DNA of 63,786 nt, counting the filler, from Sphacelaria rigidula (lineage: Eukaryota), in NCBI GenBank assembly GCA_964200075.2. It is 9 parts of 9 records of this genome, joined end to end, with 100 filler letters (N's around TTAATTAATTAA, not from the genome) between each part and the next. Parts side by side here need not be neighbours in the genome. Positions count along the whole stretch, not along the records: positions 35,495 to 42,492 come from CAXNAA020017026.1; positions 42,593 to 49,590 come from CAXNAA020017027.1; positions 49,691 to 56,688 come from CAXNAA020017028.1; 6 more parts are not named here. The stretch is one strand, 5' to 3'. Each line of letters starts with the position of its first letter. The first letter of the stretch is position 1. The notes beneath the pieces are model-generated. The model saw nothing but the letters and a program-made list of their open reading frames with translations. It was not told where the DNA came from and searched no databases. Of this stretch, positions 39,301 to 51,799 are shown in pieces. Made by a program: the position numbers and the translations under genes.

Positions 39301-42300
39301 CCACTTGCCGTGCCAGCTGTAGTTGTCCCTCCCCCTCCCCCAAGCGTTCGATTCCAGTCCGTTCCACCAGCGAACGCAGTGACTTCAAATGTTGGCGTTC
39401 AGTCCGCTTCATCTGGAAGCGTTGTTCCTTCGCCTCCCTCAAGCGTTCGATTCCAGTCCGTTCCACCAGCGAACGTGGTGACTTCAAGTGTTGGCTTTCA
39501 GTCCATTTCACAGGCAAGCGTTGTACCTGCCCCCACGAATGGCGTTGGTTCCCTCTGTGCAATCCAAGGGCTCCACTGCCTAGACTTGAGTGTGTTCAAG
39601 GATGAAGCTCTGATGGCTGGGTTTGACATGACCCCTCCCCAGGAGTTTTTTCCGCGTTTTCTGAATGAAGGAATGGGAGTTGTGGCTGAAAACGGGACGG
39701 CCCTTGCTGTTCTTGCCCCCAGCTCTCACCCATTTTCAGTTGCCAAACCGAAACAAGAAGTCGACATGAATGTTTTTTCACGTTTCCCTTCCCCACATCC
39801 CTGAGACGTTATTGCAAGGAACTGCGAAACAACCGGGCATTACTTTGACGGGGGTACTGGCGCCATGTGCGGGATGTTTGGAAGCGAAGGGACAGAGGGC
39901 AGGTATTCTGCGAGCACTGGGCACGAGGGCAAAGACAGTGCTTGACAGGGTGCATCTCGACCTCACAGGCCTCCACCCTCGCACTCTGGGTGCATCAACT
40001 CATATGCTGGGCTGCGTCGACAGCAAATCGCGCTTCATGATGTTTTATGGCCTCGCACGTAAGTCTGACACGCTGGCGAAGGTGAAGCGTTTCATCGCCG
40101 ACGTCAGCGCTATCGGTACCCCCGGTTGTTTTCGCATGGATAACGGGAGCGAGTTCACCTTCAATGAATTCGGCGCCTTCTGCGACGATGCAACGATTCG
40201 GCGTTAGTACACTGCCCCCGACACTCCGAAGCACAACGCTGTCGTGGAAAATGCAATTTGGAGGGTCATGAAGGGGGGCCACGCAGCCCGTCTCGAAGCG
40301 CGACGTCTGTTCCCGGAGTGCCGCTTCGACGACACACCTCACCTGGGGGAGAAAATTGAGCGTCTGTGGCTGGAGGCCGCGGTGTATGCAGCGGACGGAT
40401 TCAATCGTTCCGCCACTACGGCGAACTCGGGAAGACTATCGCCGTATGATGTGTTCACCGGCAAGCGCCCGTCGCTACAGATTGTGCCGTTTCTACAACC
40501 CGGCATGATGCGGGTCAACCGCCGAGGAAAGATGGATGTTCAGTCCGTGGCCTGCCATTACCTCATTAGTGGCAGTAACCATTCTTCATCGACAGTGAAG
40601 GCCCTAAAGGCTGCTACCGGTGCAGTCTGCTACACCAACAACGTTGTCTAGACGGTACCACGTGTGCCACTGCAATCGTCGGCAACGCCGCTCGTCGGGG
40701 GGGGAGGCCCATTCCAGTGCCGTCGTCGCCCCCGCCGCGCCGTCAGCAGAGCAGCAACACGGGACGCCGCTCGTCGGGGAGGGGGGAGGTCCAGACGCCA
40801 CTCGTCGGGGCGAAGGAGTTTCATGACAGCACCGCCACCGCTGTCGCCACACCGCTGCTCCCGCCGACATACCACACGGTGGAGTTCGAGTCACCGCCGC
40901 TGCCGCGCCTGCGGACTCCGCCGACTGAGCCGATGCTGCCGCCGCCGCCACGACCGACATTTCCACCGGTGCTGCACACGCCGCCGCGCCCGTCGACTCC
41001 GCCGATGCATCGATAGCCGCAAACATTTCCGCCGATCTTCTCCGGCTCTTCGGCCCCGATTCCATCCACGAAACCATCAGCATCTTCCTCGATTGCGTCG
41101 CGCGATGCATCATCCGCCTCTGAAGTTATGGACCATTCTTTCTCGCCGCTCTCAATGAACGTGGGAAAGGAGCTGGATCTGGAAACAGACCCCCGGAAGC
41201 CAGGTCGGACGCGGTCGGGGTCGACGCAATACAAGACAGACAAGGCTACACTCTTGCACCACAGCTGGGGACTCATGCAGCAGTTGGATAAGCGATCTTT
41301 GCTGTCTGCTCTCTTCACGCGCGGCGTAGTTGATGCCGGGCGACAGCGCAAGGATGGTGAGAAAGGGGGGCGGGGAGGGATACCGATGTGACTCGCGACG
41401 AGGCTGGCGACGCGTGAAGATATAGATGCCGCTTTGCGTGAGCAGCGCCCGCCGCACATCCCGCCGAAACCCCCACAGTGTCCAGCAAAGGACCTCAAGG
41501 TCCCCAACGGATACACGCAGGCGGTGCGCTCGGAGTACGGTAATTTATGGAGGGACTCGATGGGGCAGGACTGGCGGGGAATTCTGGAGGCGGGGACGAT
41601 TGACTCAGCAGAAAAGCAACTCGTGGACAACTATACCCATGCAAAGTAGGTATATAATTGGAAGGCGGACGCGTTTGGATGGCCCACGAAGATGAACTCG
41701 AGACTAGTAGCAAGAGGAGATATGCAGAGAGATAACATAGATTTAGAGAGCTGTATGCCCCCACTGTAGCAGTTTCTAGCGTACGTTTGTTGGCGACTCT
41801 GGCTTGTAAGAAAAAAATTGCGTTGCGTCATTTTGATATTGAACAGGCTTTTGTACAGTCTGAGTTAGATGAGGACGTTTTCATGCGGTTCCCACTTGGT
41901 TGTGGAAGCTTATCTGGTAAACTAGGAAGACCCAACAAAAGTTTGTACGGATTGAAACAGACAAGTAGGCAATGGCAAAATCACTTGGCGGAGTGTTTAT
42001 TTGTTTTGGGATTTAATCAGTGCTTGGCGGATTCTTGTGTGTTTCAATTGATTGAGGATGGCAGGGTGATTATCAACCTAGTAGTACATGTAGATGGTAT
42101 ATTCGCAGTGGGAGAGAAGGACAGATGTGACGAGTTTGGTAAAGATCTCAACACGACGGTTCCAGTGAAGAACCTCGGGGATTTGCGTTGGTATTCTGGA
42201 CTGTACTATGAGAGAGATATTGCAAGGGGGACTTTGAAAATTTCACAACAAACATGCGCAGAGGAGTTGGCGGAGGAATATGGAGTAGAGTGGGGAAAGA

Positions 42301-42400
42301 GTATCCCCATCGCTGTTGGTGCGAAGCTTGAAGAGTTCAGTGTAGGAGAGCGGGCAAAGAAATTTACGTTTCGGGAGTTGATAGGGTCACTGATGACTAG
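36320..42400 (+). mobile_element. Ty1/copia LTR retrotransposon, decayed, 3' truncated; tentative 5' LTR 36320-36720
   Basis: gag (37044-38060), protease WIADNGAS, H..H..CAGC, integrase (RVHLDLTG, VDSKSR, MDNGSEF), RT (SRLVARG, FDIEQAF, SLYGLKQ, HVDG). LTR call rests only on TGTCGA...TCAACA. Confidence 0.9.
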
Positions 42401-42599
42401 TGCCGAGATAGCCCCCCAACAAAAAGTGCACCGGCACCATCCAACGAACCGGCTGCGATCCCACTATTGGGCTCGTTTGCAGCAATTTCGCCNNNNNNNN
42501 NNNNNNNNNNNNNNNNNNNNNNNNNNNNNNNNNNNNTTAATTAATTAANNNNNNNNNNNNNNNNNNNNNNNNNNNNNNNNNNNNNNNNNNNNAGTATTG

Positions 42600-42860
42600 A
42601 ACGCACGGCCCAATTCGACGAGTCTTGAGCTGAAATTTCAGGAAGAACTTCTGCGCCCAAGGGACTGATACTTCACGTGTCCAGCTGCAATTTCTCCTTT
42701 TTTTCCTGGACTTATAACATTTTCTTTTTTTGGTGAAATTTCAAATGCCCACAACTTTTTATTTTTTTATTTGCTGGACACGTGATCTTCTGCACTTCGA
42801 TCATGTAAAGCTGCTGTCAAAATTTCAGCTTTCAACTCCTGATATCGCGCCGTGCGTCGC
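42600..42860. repeat. Foldback element
   Basis: GCACGGC..AGCTGAAATTT..CACGTGTCCAGC is inverted as GCTGGACACGTG..AAATTTCAGCT..GCCGTGC. Confidence 0.7.
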
Positions 42861-43150
42861 CTGAGCGAGATTCACACGTACTCTTGGCTGGCCCATCTCA
42901 TAATTAGGCTGGAGTCTCAAACAAGAAATAGAGGACTCCATGTCTCATAAGGAATAGCAGGGACTGTATTGGGAAGACAAGCTTACGTCTGTGACCACGG
43001 GTTCGAGCGATTGGACTAATATGCGGAAATCATAATACATTGATGAATGAATAATAATCCGTCCAAGTGGTGGGTAATATCTACAGTAAATTTATGACCC
43101 CGAGCAGCATACTTGTTTTGCATCGCAATTGCTGCACTCATTACTCTTGT

Positions 43151-43730
43151 TAGGCTTTTGCTTTTTATGCGCATTTTTTTTAATATATATATGCGCGTTG
43201 TTCCATTTTTTCATGTTCGAAAGTGAACATTAGGCGCCGATTGATGCGTATTTTGGTGAAACATGCGCGACTTATGTGCTTTTTTCGCGGCGTTCTTGAG
43301 GCGGTTCCTGGCGGATTCCTAGCGGCACCGCCCATGGAAAGTACCCTCCAGCAAGAAAATAAGACGGCACGTTGAACATTTCGAGATTTTTGTTTTTCAA
43401 CAGTTTCACATGAAGATGAAATAGCTCACATACAGCACCATAACCGATATCAGACCCGCAACAAAGTTCGAAAAAATATGTTACAAACACAAACGCCACG
43501 ACTCCACGAACCACGCCACATGCAGCACCTGTGGGCAGGTACTAGCTGCTGGACATGGTGTGCATAATCTCATTGGAGTACTATATGCGCTGAGTTATGC
43601 GTAAAACTTGGCTTTTATGCCTTTGTTATGCTGAAATCTTTAAAAACATATGTTTGAAAAAAAACATTTGCTTACGCGCTATAACCCGTTTTATGCGAAA
43701 TTATATGCGCGCATAAAAAGCAAAAGCCTA
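43151..43730. mobile_element. hAT-family MITE (580 bp)
   Basis: Perfect 22-bp TIR TAGGCTTTTGCTTTTTATGCGC and perfect 8-bp TSD ACTCTTGT (43143-50, 43731-38). Confidence 0.95.
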
Positions 43731-43799
43731 ACTCTTGTTGTCGTTGTCGTTGTTGCCGATATCGATGCCGTTATTTCTGTGCCATCTGCGTGTGCACAG

Positions 43800-43865
43800 C
43801 TGCTGAATGTGCGTCCTCGGATCCACCGGGAGCGGCTGCACGTACCAGCGGCAACAGCCATGCAG
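43800..43865 (+). CDS. IQ-motif/SAH protein, exon
   Basis: CAG|LLNVRPRIHRERLHVPAATAMQ|GTAAC; joins the next exon to give the IQ-like motif AATAMQAWYR. Confidence 0.75.
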
Positions 43866-45136
43866 GTAACTATCGTGCGCGTCACATGGGTGATGGCACC
43901 GGTAGTCGCACTGAAACATGCTCGCCCAGTTTGCGCGGAGCACAGTACAGTACGGGTAGTGGGTTTGGAGTCCCGACAGGAAATATATTTCGGTGATTTT
44001 CATTTACTGTTTTCGATTGCGAAGGGTTCAAAACTAGAGTAGAAAATCTAGAGAAAAAATCTCGATCAAGGGAAGTTGGTGGGTAGGCTCGGGAGTGTTG
44101 ATCCAATCCTCCCATGATGATGAATTCTCAGGCAGGCCCACCAGCCTGAGGTGGAATGGGTCGAATAATCCCCTGAGACAATGCACTCCTCCAGACCAAC
44201 GGGGAGGGTTTGTCGGTACCTCTTGAGCGCTTGCGCAGTAGGTCTTCTTTCGGGAAAGAATCATCGGCTGACCCCTCTAGCGTTTGTGCCCCGGGCGCTT
44301 TAGGTGAGCAGATCCTCCTCTCCGGTCCCCACCACCACCCCCAACGGCAACAATAACAGTACGCCGTAGACCCCGACTTCTGATTGATGTCATGCTATTC
44401 TCCAAGGGAGCAAGAGTTTTCGAATCCCACGTCTCTCCTGCTGGTTTTACCCAGTATTTTTGGTCGGGGGACTGCTGCCCAAGGGATTCAAATGTAAGTA
44501 TCACGCGGTAGAGGACAAGGGAAAATGGGGGGAGAGGGGGGAGAGGGGGGGGAGGGGTCAGCAGCGTAACTTGCTCCCGTGTCTGATGCTTGAAATCTAT
44601 GCAAAAATCTTGTTGTTTTCTTGGGCTACCCTAGTGCAAAATGCATCATGTACGCTATTTTACTAAGCGCGTATAAACTCATGCTTAACCCCCCACTGTA
44701 GTTTATGAATACACCCCTCCCCCCCCGCGCACCCTGTATTTAACGTTATTGTTTCCCGGAGTATACCCATGGCAGCGATTTACAAGCTGAGGTGAGCATT
44801 GATCATCATGATCTCTTGTTGTCATCATCGTGAAGACTTCCAAGTTTACCACAAAAGTTCACGTGCTCACTTGTCCACCAGAGGGCATGCTAGTGCCGCT
44901 GTCCCCCGCATCAACGTCTCGAAAGGGATGTGTGATCAATGGTCAAAATACTAAGGCAAGAAACAAATGAGTACGCCCCCCCCCCTCCCTTTCCGCATAA
45001 AGTACCAAGTCGCAGACGCACATGCCATATTTGTCAATTTATTTTGCTTCTCAAGTCATCATGCACACTTCCCTTTCCCCCGTCTCCCTCATTAATCTCT
45101 CTGACTTTGTTTCTGGAAAATGACCGGTGGTCACAG

Positions 45137-45324
45137 GCGTGGTATCGCATGCTACGGATACGACGAGCAATGACCCCCATCATCCAGCAGAGGCGAGAGG
45201 CGGCCACGGCCATTGCTCGAACGTGGCGGCGGAGGGCGTTGATGAAGCGACGGGAGCAGGCAGCCACTCAGCTGCAGGCGTGGGGGAGGGGTGTCCGGGG
45301 GAGGGCCGTGGCGGATGCTGTCAG
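45137..45324 (+). CDS. IQ-motif/SAH protein, exon with IQ motifs
   Basis: AWYRMLRIRR...AATAIARTWRR...AATQLQAWGRGVRGR; CAG/GT boundaries, ends in phase 2. Confidence 0.85.
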
Positions 45325-45982
45325 GTATGGAAGCTTCTCGAATATAAGCAGGCTCTGTTTGGTGTTATCAACGTTGTCTTATATCGTACAAGGATTGTGT
45401 TAGCAAACTGGTATAGACATTGCCATGTGGCCGCGACCGGTTGTAAGGTACGGTATATGTGTTATTCTCCAACGGATGACGATCCACATGAAGGCGGGGT
45501 TACGTCCTCACCCGGCGCCGAAGAGAGCAACCGTCGGCGTTTTGACGGCATTTAGGCTGCACCAATATGCCGACACAGTGTATTTGGTCGGCATTCCGTA
45601 GCGGTACATGAACTATAGACGTCGATCAGCCCAAATCGGTGTGAGCTTTGATCCCCGAGCTACGCGCGTCATTTAACTTCAACATTCTGAGGAAAACAAA
45701 CCTTGCAAGAGGAGAGGAGATAATGTGTTGTGTGTCTCGGCCGGAATTTTTTTTCTTTCTTATGTTTACCCAAGCCTTGCACGGTACCTCCGTCCTTAAC
45801 CACCGCCTCATTCTGCATTGGAAACAAAACTTCATGCCCAACATCTCAGACGCGAATCAAGGCAACTGATGGTGAGGAAAACGCAGAAACGAACAAATAA
45901 TACAGAATATTCATGTCCATTATCAAGAGGAAAATAAATCAAAATTGACCGGGGGGGGAAAAAATCTTGTTTGAAAAAACAG

Positions 45983-46643
45983 GGAGAAGAGGTTGGCAGA
46001 ACAGGCGCGCGCCGAAGAAGCCGCGCGGATAGCACAGTTCCAAAAGCTCCGGGCTGAAGAGGAACGGGTACGGAAAGCGCGAGAAGCCGCCCGCAAAGCA
46101 CAGGACGTCGCCCGGGAAGCACGGGAAGCCGCCCGGGTAGCCGAGCTGCAGAAACGCCGGGCTGAAGAGGAGGAACGAGTACGGAAAGCAAAGGAAGCCG
46201 CACGATTAGCCCAGCTGGAGAAGCGTCGGGCTGAGGAGGAACGGGTACGGAAAGCACAAGAAGCCGCCCGGAAAGTACAGCTCGAAAGGCGTCGGGCTGA
46301 GGAGGAACGGGGACGGAAAGCACAAGAAGCCGCCCGGAAAGTACAGCTCGAAAGGCGTCGGGCTGAGGAGGAACGGGTACGGAAAGCACAAGAAGCCGCC
46401 CGGAAAGTACAGCTCGAAAGGCGTCGGGCTGAAGAGGAACGAGTACGGAAAGCACAAGAAGCCTTGCGGAAAGTACAGCTGGAAGAGCGCCGGGCTGAAG
46501 AGGAACGAGTACAGAAAGTTCAGAGAGTTGCCGCGACGAGGCTGCAGGCGTGGGGGAGAGGAGTGGTGAGCCGGACGGTGGTAGCTGCTGAGTTGTCGGC
46601 CAGGGGTTTGCCCCCTCTGCGGGAGAGGCGGCGTTCGTGTGAG
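45983..46643 (+). CDS. IQ-motif/SAH protein, exon with 22-aa (66-bp) E/R/K/A repeats and an IQ motif
   Basis: Phase-2 acceptor matches the previous donor; repeat RRAEEERVRKAQEAARKVQLE; AATRLQAWGRG; donor GAG|GTGAGC. Confidence 0.88.
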
Positions 46644-47224
46644 GTGAGCGCGCCGCGGTTTGTTTTGTCTGCTACTAGTATTAATTGTTTTTATTTTTCC
46701 GTCTTCTTATCATGTAGTAGTGCTGTATTTGTTGGTTTTGTTGTTGGTGTTGGTACGTATACTGTTAAGTGTCGGCCTGTTGTTGAGTCTTGTTTGAGTG
46801 CCCCGTTGTCTATTTATATTGAGCACGAAGTGTTTTTTGTGGAGGTTGCAAAAAGAGAGGTGAAGTATTCGCGCCCTGCTTCCCCCCCCTCCTCAGTGTT
46901 GTCGTTGTTGTTGCCCTAGTGCGAGTGTTTAGTAGTCAGGTCATGGTAAGTAACGGATCAACTCTTGGAAATTTGCAGATTACCCCCGGAGAATCAACTC
47001 CGAAAAAGGAAAGAGGAGAATTTCGGGATACCTGATTTGCTGATTGATTGATTGACTTATTGTGTGTCTGTATCTACTCTGCTGCCTTGAATCCCTTGGG
47101 CTTTTCCCTTTTTTTCCTTTTTTTTTTTTTTCCTTTTCTTTTCCTTTTGTTGTTTTAGGCCGACTATTTCTTTCTGTGCTTTTCTTTCCTTAACTTTTTA
47201 TTTATATTTTTGTATTACTTGTTA

Positions 47225-47599
47225 GTCTACGATATCGTTCTGTTCGACTTTTTTTGTTCCTTCTTTTTCTTCAGCGAGTGTTCCAGTTTGTGTGTGTGTC
47301 TTGGGTACGTCTGTCATGTGACCACGGCTGGATCATGACCACCTGGGCGGTCAGTTAACCTTTTCGGAACTCGCCAAAAACAGTACGAACTCTCATATGC
47401 GAGCTTTCGTCACCGGAAAAACGTCACTTGGAGTCCGGTGCACGAATCTGTCACATTGATATACTAGAACGTAGAGTGGTTCACCGTTTAGGTCGGCTGC
47501 ATCATCCAACACTTGCAGAAAAACAGCAAGACCTTGCCCACGAAAACGTCAATTGTAAATCATAATTTCCATCAACGGTTCCAAAAGGGTTCAAGTGCG

Positions 47600-47642
<43 letters not shown>

Positions 47643-47648
47643 CAATCA
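47225..47648 (+). mobile_element. 3' end of an RTE LINE with (CAAT)n tail
   Basis: GACCACGGCTGGATC...CAGTTAA/AGTGCGACAATCAATC matches the reverse complement of 70-130. Confidence 0.85.
47359..47589. mobile_element. piggyBac-like MITE (231 bp) inserted in the LINE 3' end
   Basis: TTAA|CCTTTTCGGAAC...GTTCCAAAAGGG|TTCA; it splits the motif CAGTTAAAGTGCGAC, which is intact in the copy at about 87-101. Confidence 0.82.
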
Positions 47649-48705
47649 ATTGATTGGTTGTCGCACCTGAACTGATCCCCTAGGTAGTCATGATCCAACC
47701 GTGGTCATTATCCAGCATGATAGTCACATGATGGACGTACCCGAAGCAAGACCAAGACTGAAACACTCGCGCGATGAAAGTGAAGAGAAAACAGAAAAAA
47801 AGGTATATCAGATGAACAAAGTGAACTAAAAAAGTGAAGAAGAAAACAAAACTAGAACGAGAAAATAGAAAACAAAACTAGAAAATGACGGGCTTCTGCA
47901 ACATGGCCTCGGTGGAAAAGTTGCTGCGCGAAAAACACATACATACCCAATCGCAAAAAACAAAAATCCGTGGAAACAGATTGCGGCTCTCACATATTTC
48001 GACCCCACGATTTTGGGCATGGAGCTCTCATCCATCAACCCTGTGTAAGCGAGGCACCAAACTGCTGCTTGCATACACCGGGGAGAAAGAACAGAGACGC
48101 AGGAGACTAGAGAAGTGATCAAACCCAAAGGACACAGTACAGTAGAGCAGGTACGAACACACACGAGGGAGCACCACAAAACCACCGATCATGGACAAAA
48201 CCAACAACCGATGAGAAAGAACAGGGGTACATCACTTTCCGTGCAAGCCCAATTTATCGCATTCATCCCTAGTTGGGTACAAAGCGGGTCATTCTCCATT
48301 TTATCGCTCATTTCCATCTTGGATCCTCGCGAGCTGTAGCTGTTGTTGTTGTGCTAGCCAGGACAGATTTTCGATTGGCGGCTCTTGATGCAGCGGCCTC
48401 CAGTTTGTGCTGGCTGTGCGATTCTCGTTTGTCTTGGCGTTGCCACGTGTCCTCCAACTCTTCGACCCCTTTCCCGACGGCATGATGGCGTTTGACCATG
48501 TTCTCCGCCGCAGTGACCCAATCGTGTTTGTGGTTAACCTCTAAACCGTAGATGGACCATTTCCGTCGCGCTCCTCAGCGTTGGAGAACCTCTAGTGCAC
48601 GTAGGTTCTCGTGGAGGTTGTCCCTTCAGTGTTTGGTGGGGCGGGCCAGCTCCCTTGGGCCCTTGTACGGCTAACCACGCCCGTACATGATGCGTTCGGG
48701 AAGGC
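47649..48705 (-). mobile_element. 5'-truncated RTE LINE
   Basis: KGVEELEDTWQRQDKRE is homologous to KGAEEFEDTWRRADKRE in ORF 522..1130; same 3' terminus TTGTCGCAC. Confidence 0.88.
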
Positions 48706-48876
48706 ACACTTTTTTCTCACTTTATTATTCCTCTTTCGCTTCCTAAGAAACACGACTTTTGTGTGCACTGCTGTCTGTTTGATGCGCTTATCTTGTGCAC
48801 GTGTACATATATATGTGTGTGTATGTGTCTTGTGCAGTATGCTAAGGAATCGCATCCGCCACCCTTAAGCTGCCAG

Positions 48877-49106
48877 CCTGACGGCCGAGATGATCACGAA
48901 CAAGGCGGGGGACTACCTTCGCCCTCGGTAGTCACCCCTCGCACATCCATTTCGACGTCACGGCTGTCGGAGGAGTCGGCCGACTCTGTCGCCACGGGAT
49001 TTGCGTTTGCGGCGAACTCTAGCAAGAGCGGGACCAGTGGTGGTGATGGTGGTGACGGATGGTTGGACAAGATGTTCGAGGGAATGTCGTTCACCATGCC
49101 GGCCGG
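48877..49106 (+). CDS. IQ-motif/SAH protein, downstream low-complexity exon
   Basis: CAG|PDGRDDHEQ...WLDKMFEGMSFTMPAG|GTACGT; phase 0 is compatible with the donor at 46643. Confidence 0.65.
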
Positions 49107-49690
49107 GTACGTTACGCTGTTAACGCCGTTCACGCTACTACTGTACGTGACTTTTGTGGTTCGGGATCGACACCCCGCGAAAAAGAGCCAGTTTGAGCGA
49201 CTGTCGGTGGCCACAATACGCGCCACAGGTATCAGATGACACACCCAAACCTGAACGGTAATGTACCGCTGCGCCGTCTTCGTGCGCGGCAAAATAAGGC
49301 GCGGGATTAAATGCCTTGCTGCCAGAGAAAACTCGGCAAAAGTGATGAAAAATGTGGAATGATACATGTACGTATGATTGTGTTATGTATTGCATCTTTT
49401 TTTTGTTTCTCAGGACTCTATTCTCGTGTTTAGTGTGGAATGTTACGGTGTGTGTGATATGTCCACACACGACTTCATTGACAAATAAACTCGTTGTAGA
49501 AGTCAGAACGAAAACAAACTGATGGTACACCATTACATGATGTCTTCGACCCCCTTCTTTTTCTTCACCCCCCCCCTTCTTGAAAAGATANNNNNNNNNN
49601 NNNNNNNNNNNNNNNNNNNNNNNNNNNNNNNNNNTTAATTAATTAANNNNNNNNNNNNNNNNNNNNNNNNNNNNNNNNNNNNNNNNNNNN

Positions 49691-49788
49691 GGCGTACTCA
49701 TTTGTTGCTTGCCTTAGTCGTTTGACCATTGACCACGCATCCCTTTCGAGACGGAGCAGAGCTGGTTTTGGGGGGGGGGCTATCGTAG
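49691..49788 (+). repeat. Short G-tract-flanked dispersed repeat; other copies at ~13998-14098, 44915-44985(-), 62428-62524, diverged copies at 56360-56445, 56575-56670, 6628-6668(-)
   Basis: Core GGCGTACTCATTTGTTGCTTGCC.TAGTC.TTTGACCATTGACCACGCATCCCTTTCGAGACGGAGCA. Confidence 0.88.
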
Positions 49789-51799
49789 AAAGTGTCTTTG
49801 TGAAAACCCCTGTGTAGCATTTGCAAACCCTAGTACCTGTAATAGCATTTTGCATAGCGCGTTTGTCGAAACCCTGGAAACAACCCTGTGGAGAGGCCTT
49901 CCCAATTTGAAAAAATGGAAAATCGGGAAAAAGGGAATTTACCTCGGACAGCAGGAGAAGCTATATTCAAAACAGGTCATTTTTTCGAACAGCTTCTTCC
50001 GCTGCGCAAATCCCATGCACACTGACAGATTTGGAATTTGAACAGCAGGAGAAACTCGAAATAAGTCTTCACTTTGCCCTCCAATTCATCCGGAAATTGG
50101 ACAAAAAGATATTTATTGCGAACAACGTTAGCTGGGCATATCCTGCATACTGCACCGTTATCAGCATATGGGATCCGACAAGCAGAAAAGAATTTTGAAA
50201 GTAATTCATCGTTTTGCCCCCCGGTCCATGCACATGGGCTAAAGGATGAATAATTCTAAACAGCTTTTGCTAAAGGATCCGACACACTGATTACGATCGA
50301 GTGTATGTCCACACGCCTACGAGTTTAGATACGACGCTTTCGCTCAAGACGTGGATGATGGGACAACGGCATGTACCTCGCATATGAGTTCACATTGCTT
50401 TTGAAAACCCCATGGTTCGCAGTCTACCAAAATCACTCAACCGAGTATGCCTTTGTTCAGAGAGGTTTTTGTTTGATAGTTATTAGAAGCACAAAATATA
50501 ACAGCTACCATGAACAAATCAGGTAGCTCAATATACAACCTGACGCTCTGCCGAGCACATTGACGTGGGTTCAGTTCTCAATCTTGCCCCTTGACGAGCG
50601 TTATTTTCTGCCAGTATCATACCCATGTTGTATGCATTATATTTTATGCATGCTATAAAGGCTGCACAGCATATTAACAGCGATGAATTCTACACGGAGT
50701 GATGAAACTCTGTGCAGCGCCCTGCGTGGCACAAAATAATACCCTACAGTCAAATCCCCACGGGAAACCCTGCACAGTTTCCCTGAACCCTGTGAAGCGT
50801 CCTGTGGGGCGAAAAAAAAACACCACAACCAGATCCCCGCGAGAAATACTGCACAGTTTCCCTGAACACTGTAGATGTGCCCCACAGGGTGCTATTTGTC
50901 CACGTGTGTATTCTGTTTTTGCGACTTCCTCCACCCGTTTTTTTCATCTTCCGCTGGTATTTTTTTGCTGTTAATTTCGTTCTCTTTCGCTATTACACTG
51001 TTTGATACTAGCTTTCCCTTTCTCGTAGCCCACAATGCATTATTTACGTCATTTGATCCTTCCACGGACTCACATTTGGGGTCCTTTTTACTCTTGTAGC
51101 CCTGTCTGCCGTATGATACCTCTCGATTTTCTGCCGTTTTTCTCCTCTCGCTTTACACATTTTTAGATGCATTACCTCTACTTCCCGTGGTAATTTTATT
51201 TTGTAGCCATCTTCACTACTTCAATTGCTACTCTTATGTTGCAAGCGTATAGCTCGTCCACCCATGGTGTTATTTTTGCGAAACCTTTGCGAGAGCCGTT
51301 GCCTGATGCACGAAAGTACACCCCAGGTACATCTCTCTTGAGAAACCTACGATGGCAAACTTCAAGGACGACCGCTAAGCGCAACGAAAGCCAACCCCGG
51401 GTAACGGGTGAGATCGGGCATCGACAGCGGCTCCACCAATCGCAGTCAATGGAGGTTTTCCTATAGACATGGAGAAGGTGGTGTAACTAAATATCGGTAA
51501 GGTTGTAGCGTAAGGTTAACAGGTGAGACGGCACTCTAAACCTTTGCTCGGCAGGCGTTTCCGCGCTACCATCCCTGCTGAGAGTAAGGTTCCCCCGACG
51601 CACGTAATTGGATCCGTAATCGTACCCCTGCCTCTGACCTCGCGACTGACGGGTCCGTACCATACTCGAAAGAATCAGCAAGGTCGACCCAAACACACCC
51701 AGAGTTGATCCCCGCTATACCTCCCTCCTTAGGCAGCACGCGTCCCAACAGTATCGCTCGATCCACCCGGCTCCGAGGTAAGCGTATCAGAGAAATATG

